Notes under the pieces: generated by a model
Database searches by the model: none
What the model saw: only the letters and a program-made list of their open reading frames with translations
Told to the model about the DNA's origin: nothing
Program-made: the position numbers and the translations under genes
Source of the DNA: a bacterium
GTDB lineage: Bacteria > CALINM01
Assembly: GCA_041640455.1 (NCBI GenBank)
Contig: JBEQAF010000046.1
Span: forward strand, 1-16,053
DNA: 16,053 nucleotides
Reading direction: 5' to 3'
Shown: in pieces, positions 15,762 to 16,053 of the stretch
How the letters are laid out: each line of letters begins with the position of its first letter
How positions within the stretch are numbered: position 1 is the first letter of the stretch

Positions 15762-16053
15762 GTTGCAGATGTAGGCGCCAGCCTGATCGACGGACACCTA
15801 CTTTTTACGATACTGTGAATGCTTTGGCTGTATGTTGCAGATGTAGGCGCCAGCCTGATCGACGGACACTCTCATAATTGAATTCTACAAAAATTTTTTC
15901 TCAGTTGCAGATGTAGGCGCCAGCCTGATCGACGGACACTTTTTGTTGTTGGCAAAAATTCAACTTCTGGTGTGTTGCAGATGTAGGCGCCAGCCTGATC
16001 GACGGACACGTCTGATTAGTATGTTAAATTAAATAGAAAGTTTTTTGTTGCAG
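15762..16053 (+). CRISPR. CRISPR array, 36-nt repeat GTTGCAGATGTAGGCGCCAGCCTGATCGACGGACAC; 4 full repeats, 1 partial repeat, 4 spacers; continues beyond the window
   Basis: Identical repeats at 15762-15797, 15834-15869, 15904-15939 and 15974-16009, with a partial copy at 16047-16053. Spacers are 36, 34, 34 and 37 nt. The 3' end ..GACAC resembles the ..GGCAC end of V-B repeats. Confidence 0.99.

Noticed and set aside
15870..15903. Self-targeting by spacer 2 (CTCATAATT also occurs near 830 in polX)
   Set aside because: The match is only 9 nt of AT-rich sequence, expected by chance. No long spacer match was seen in the window.

Overview
The left ~8 kb is AT-rich housekeeping DNA typical of an anaerobe. 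It holds a 5' part of polX and selB (- strand), a 2x[4Fe-4S] protein with a CRP/FNR-type promoter, a Cys-rich hypothetical gene, a flavodiiron protein (fprA, - strand), a patatin gene and queD-folE2-queE. A ~800 bp junction follows, with a probable IS left-end remnant, a decayed Xre-HTH gene and an unidentified ORF. The right half is a GC-richer, apparently intact type V-B CRISPR-Cas locus: a long cas12b (1480 aa, all three RuvC acidic residues present), a cas4-cas1 fusion, cas2, a tracrRNA readable from its repeat complementarity, a leader, and an array of 36-nt repeats that runs off the window. Less expected features: (i) a cryptic in-frame SSB-tail-like C-terminus behind the cas12b stop; (ii) a promoter, palindromic operator and leaderless mini-ORF between cas1 and cas2; (iii) a possible IS-derived hybrid promoter facing the cas operon; (iv) host-like AT-rich spacers. 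All calls come from reading motifs by eye; no database searches were run.
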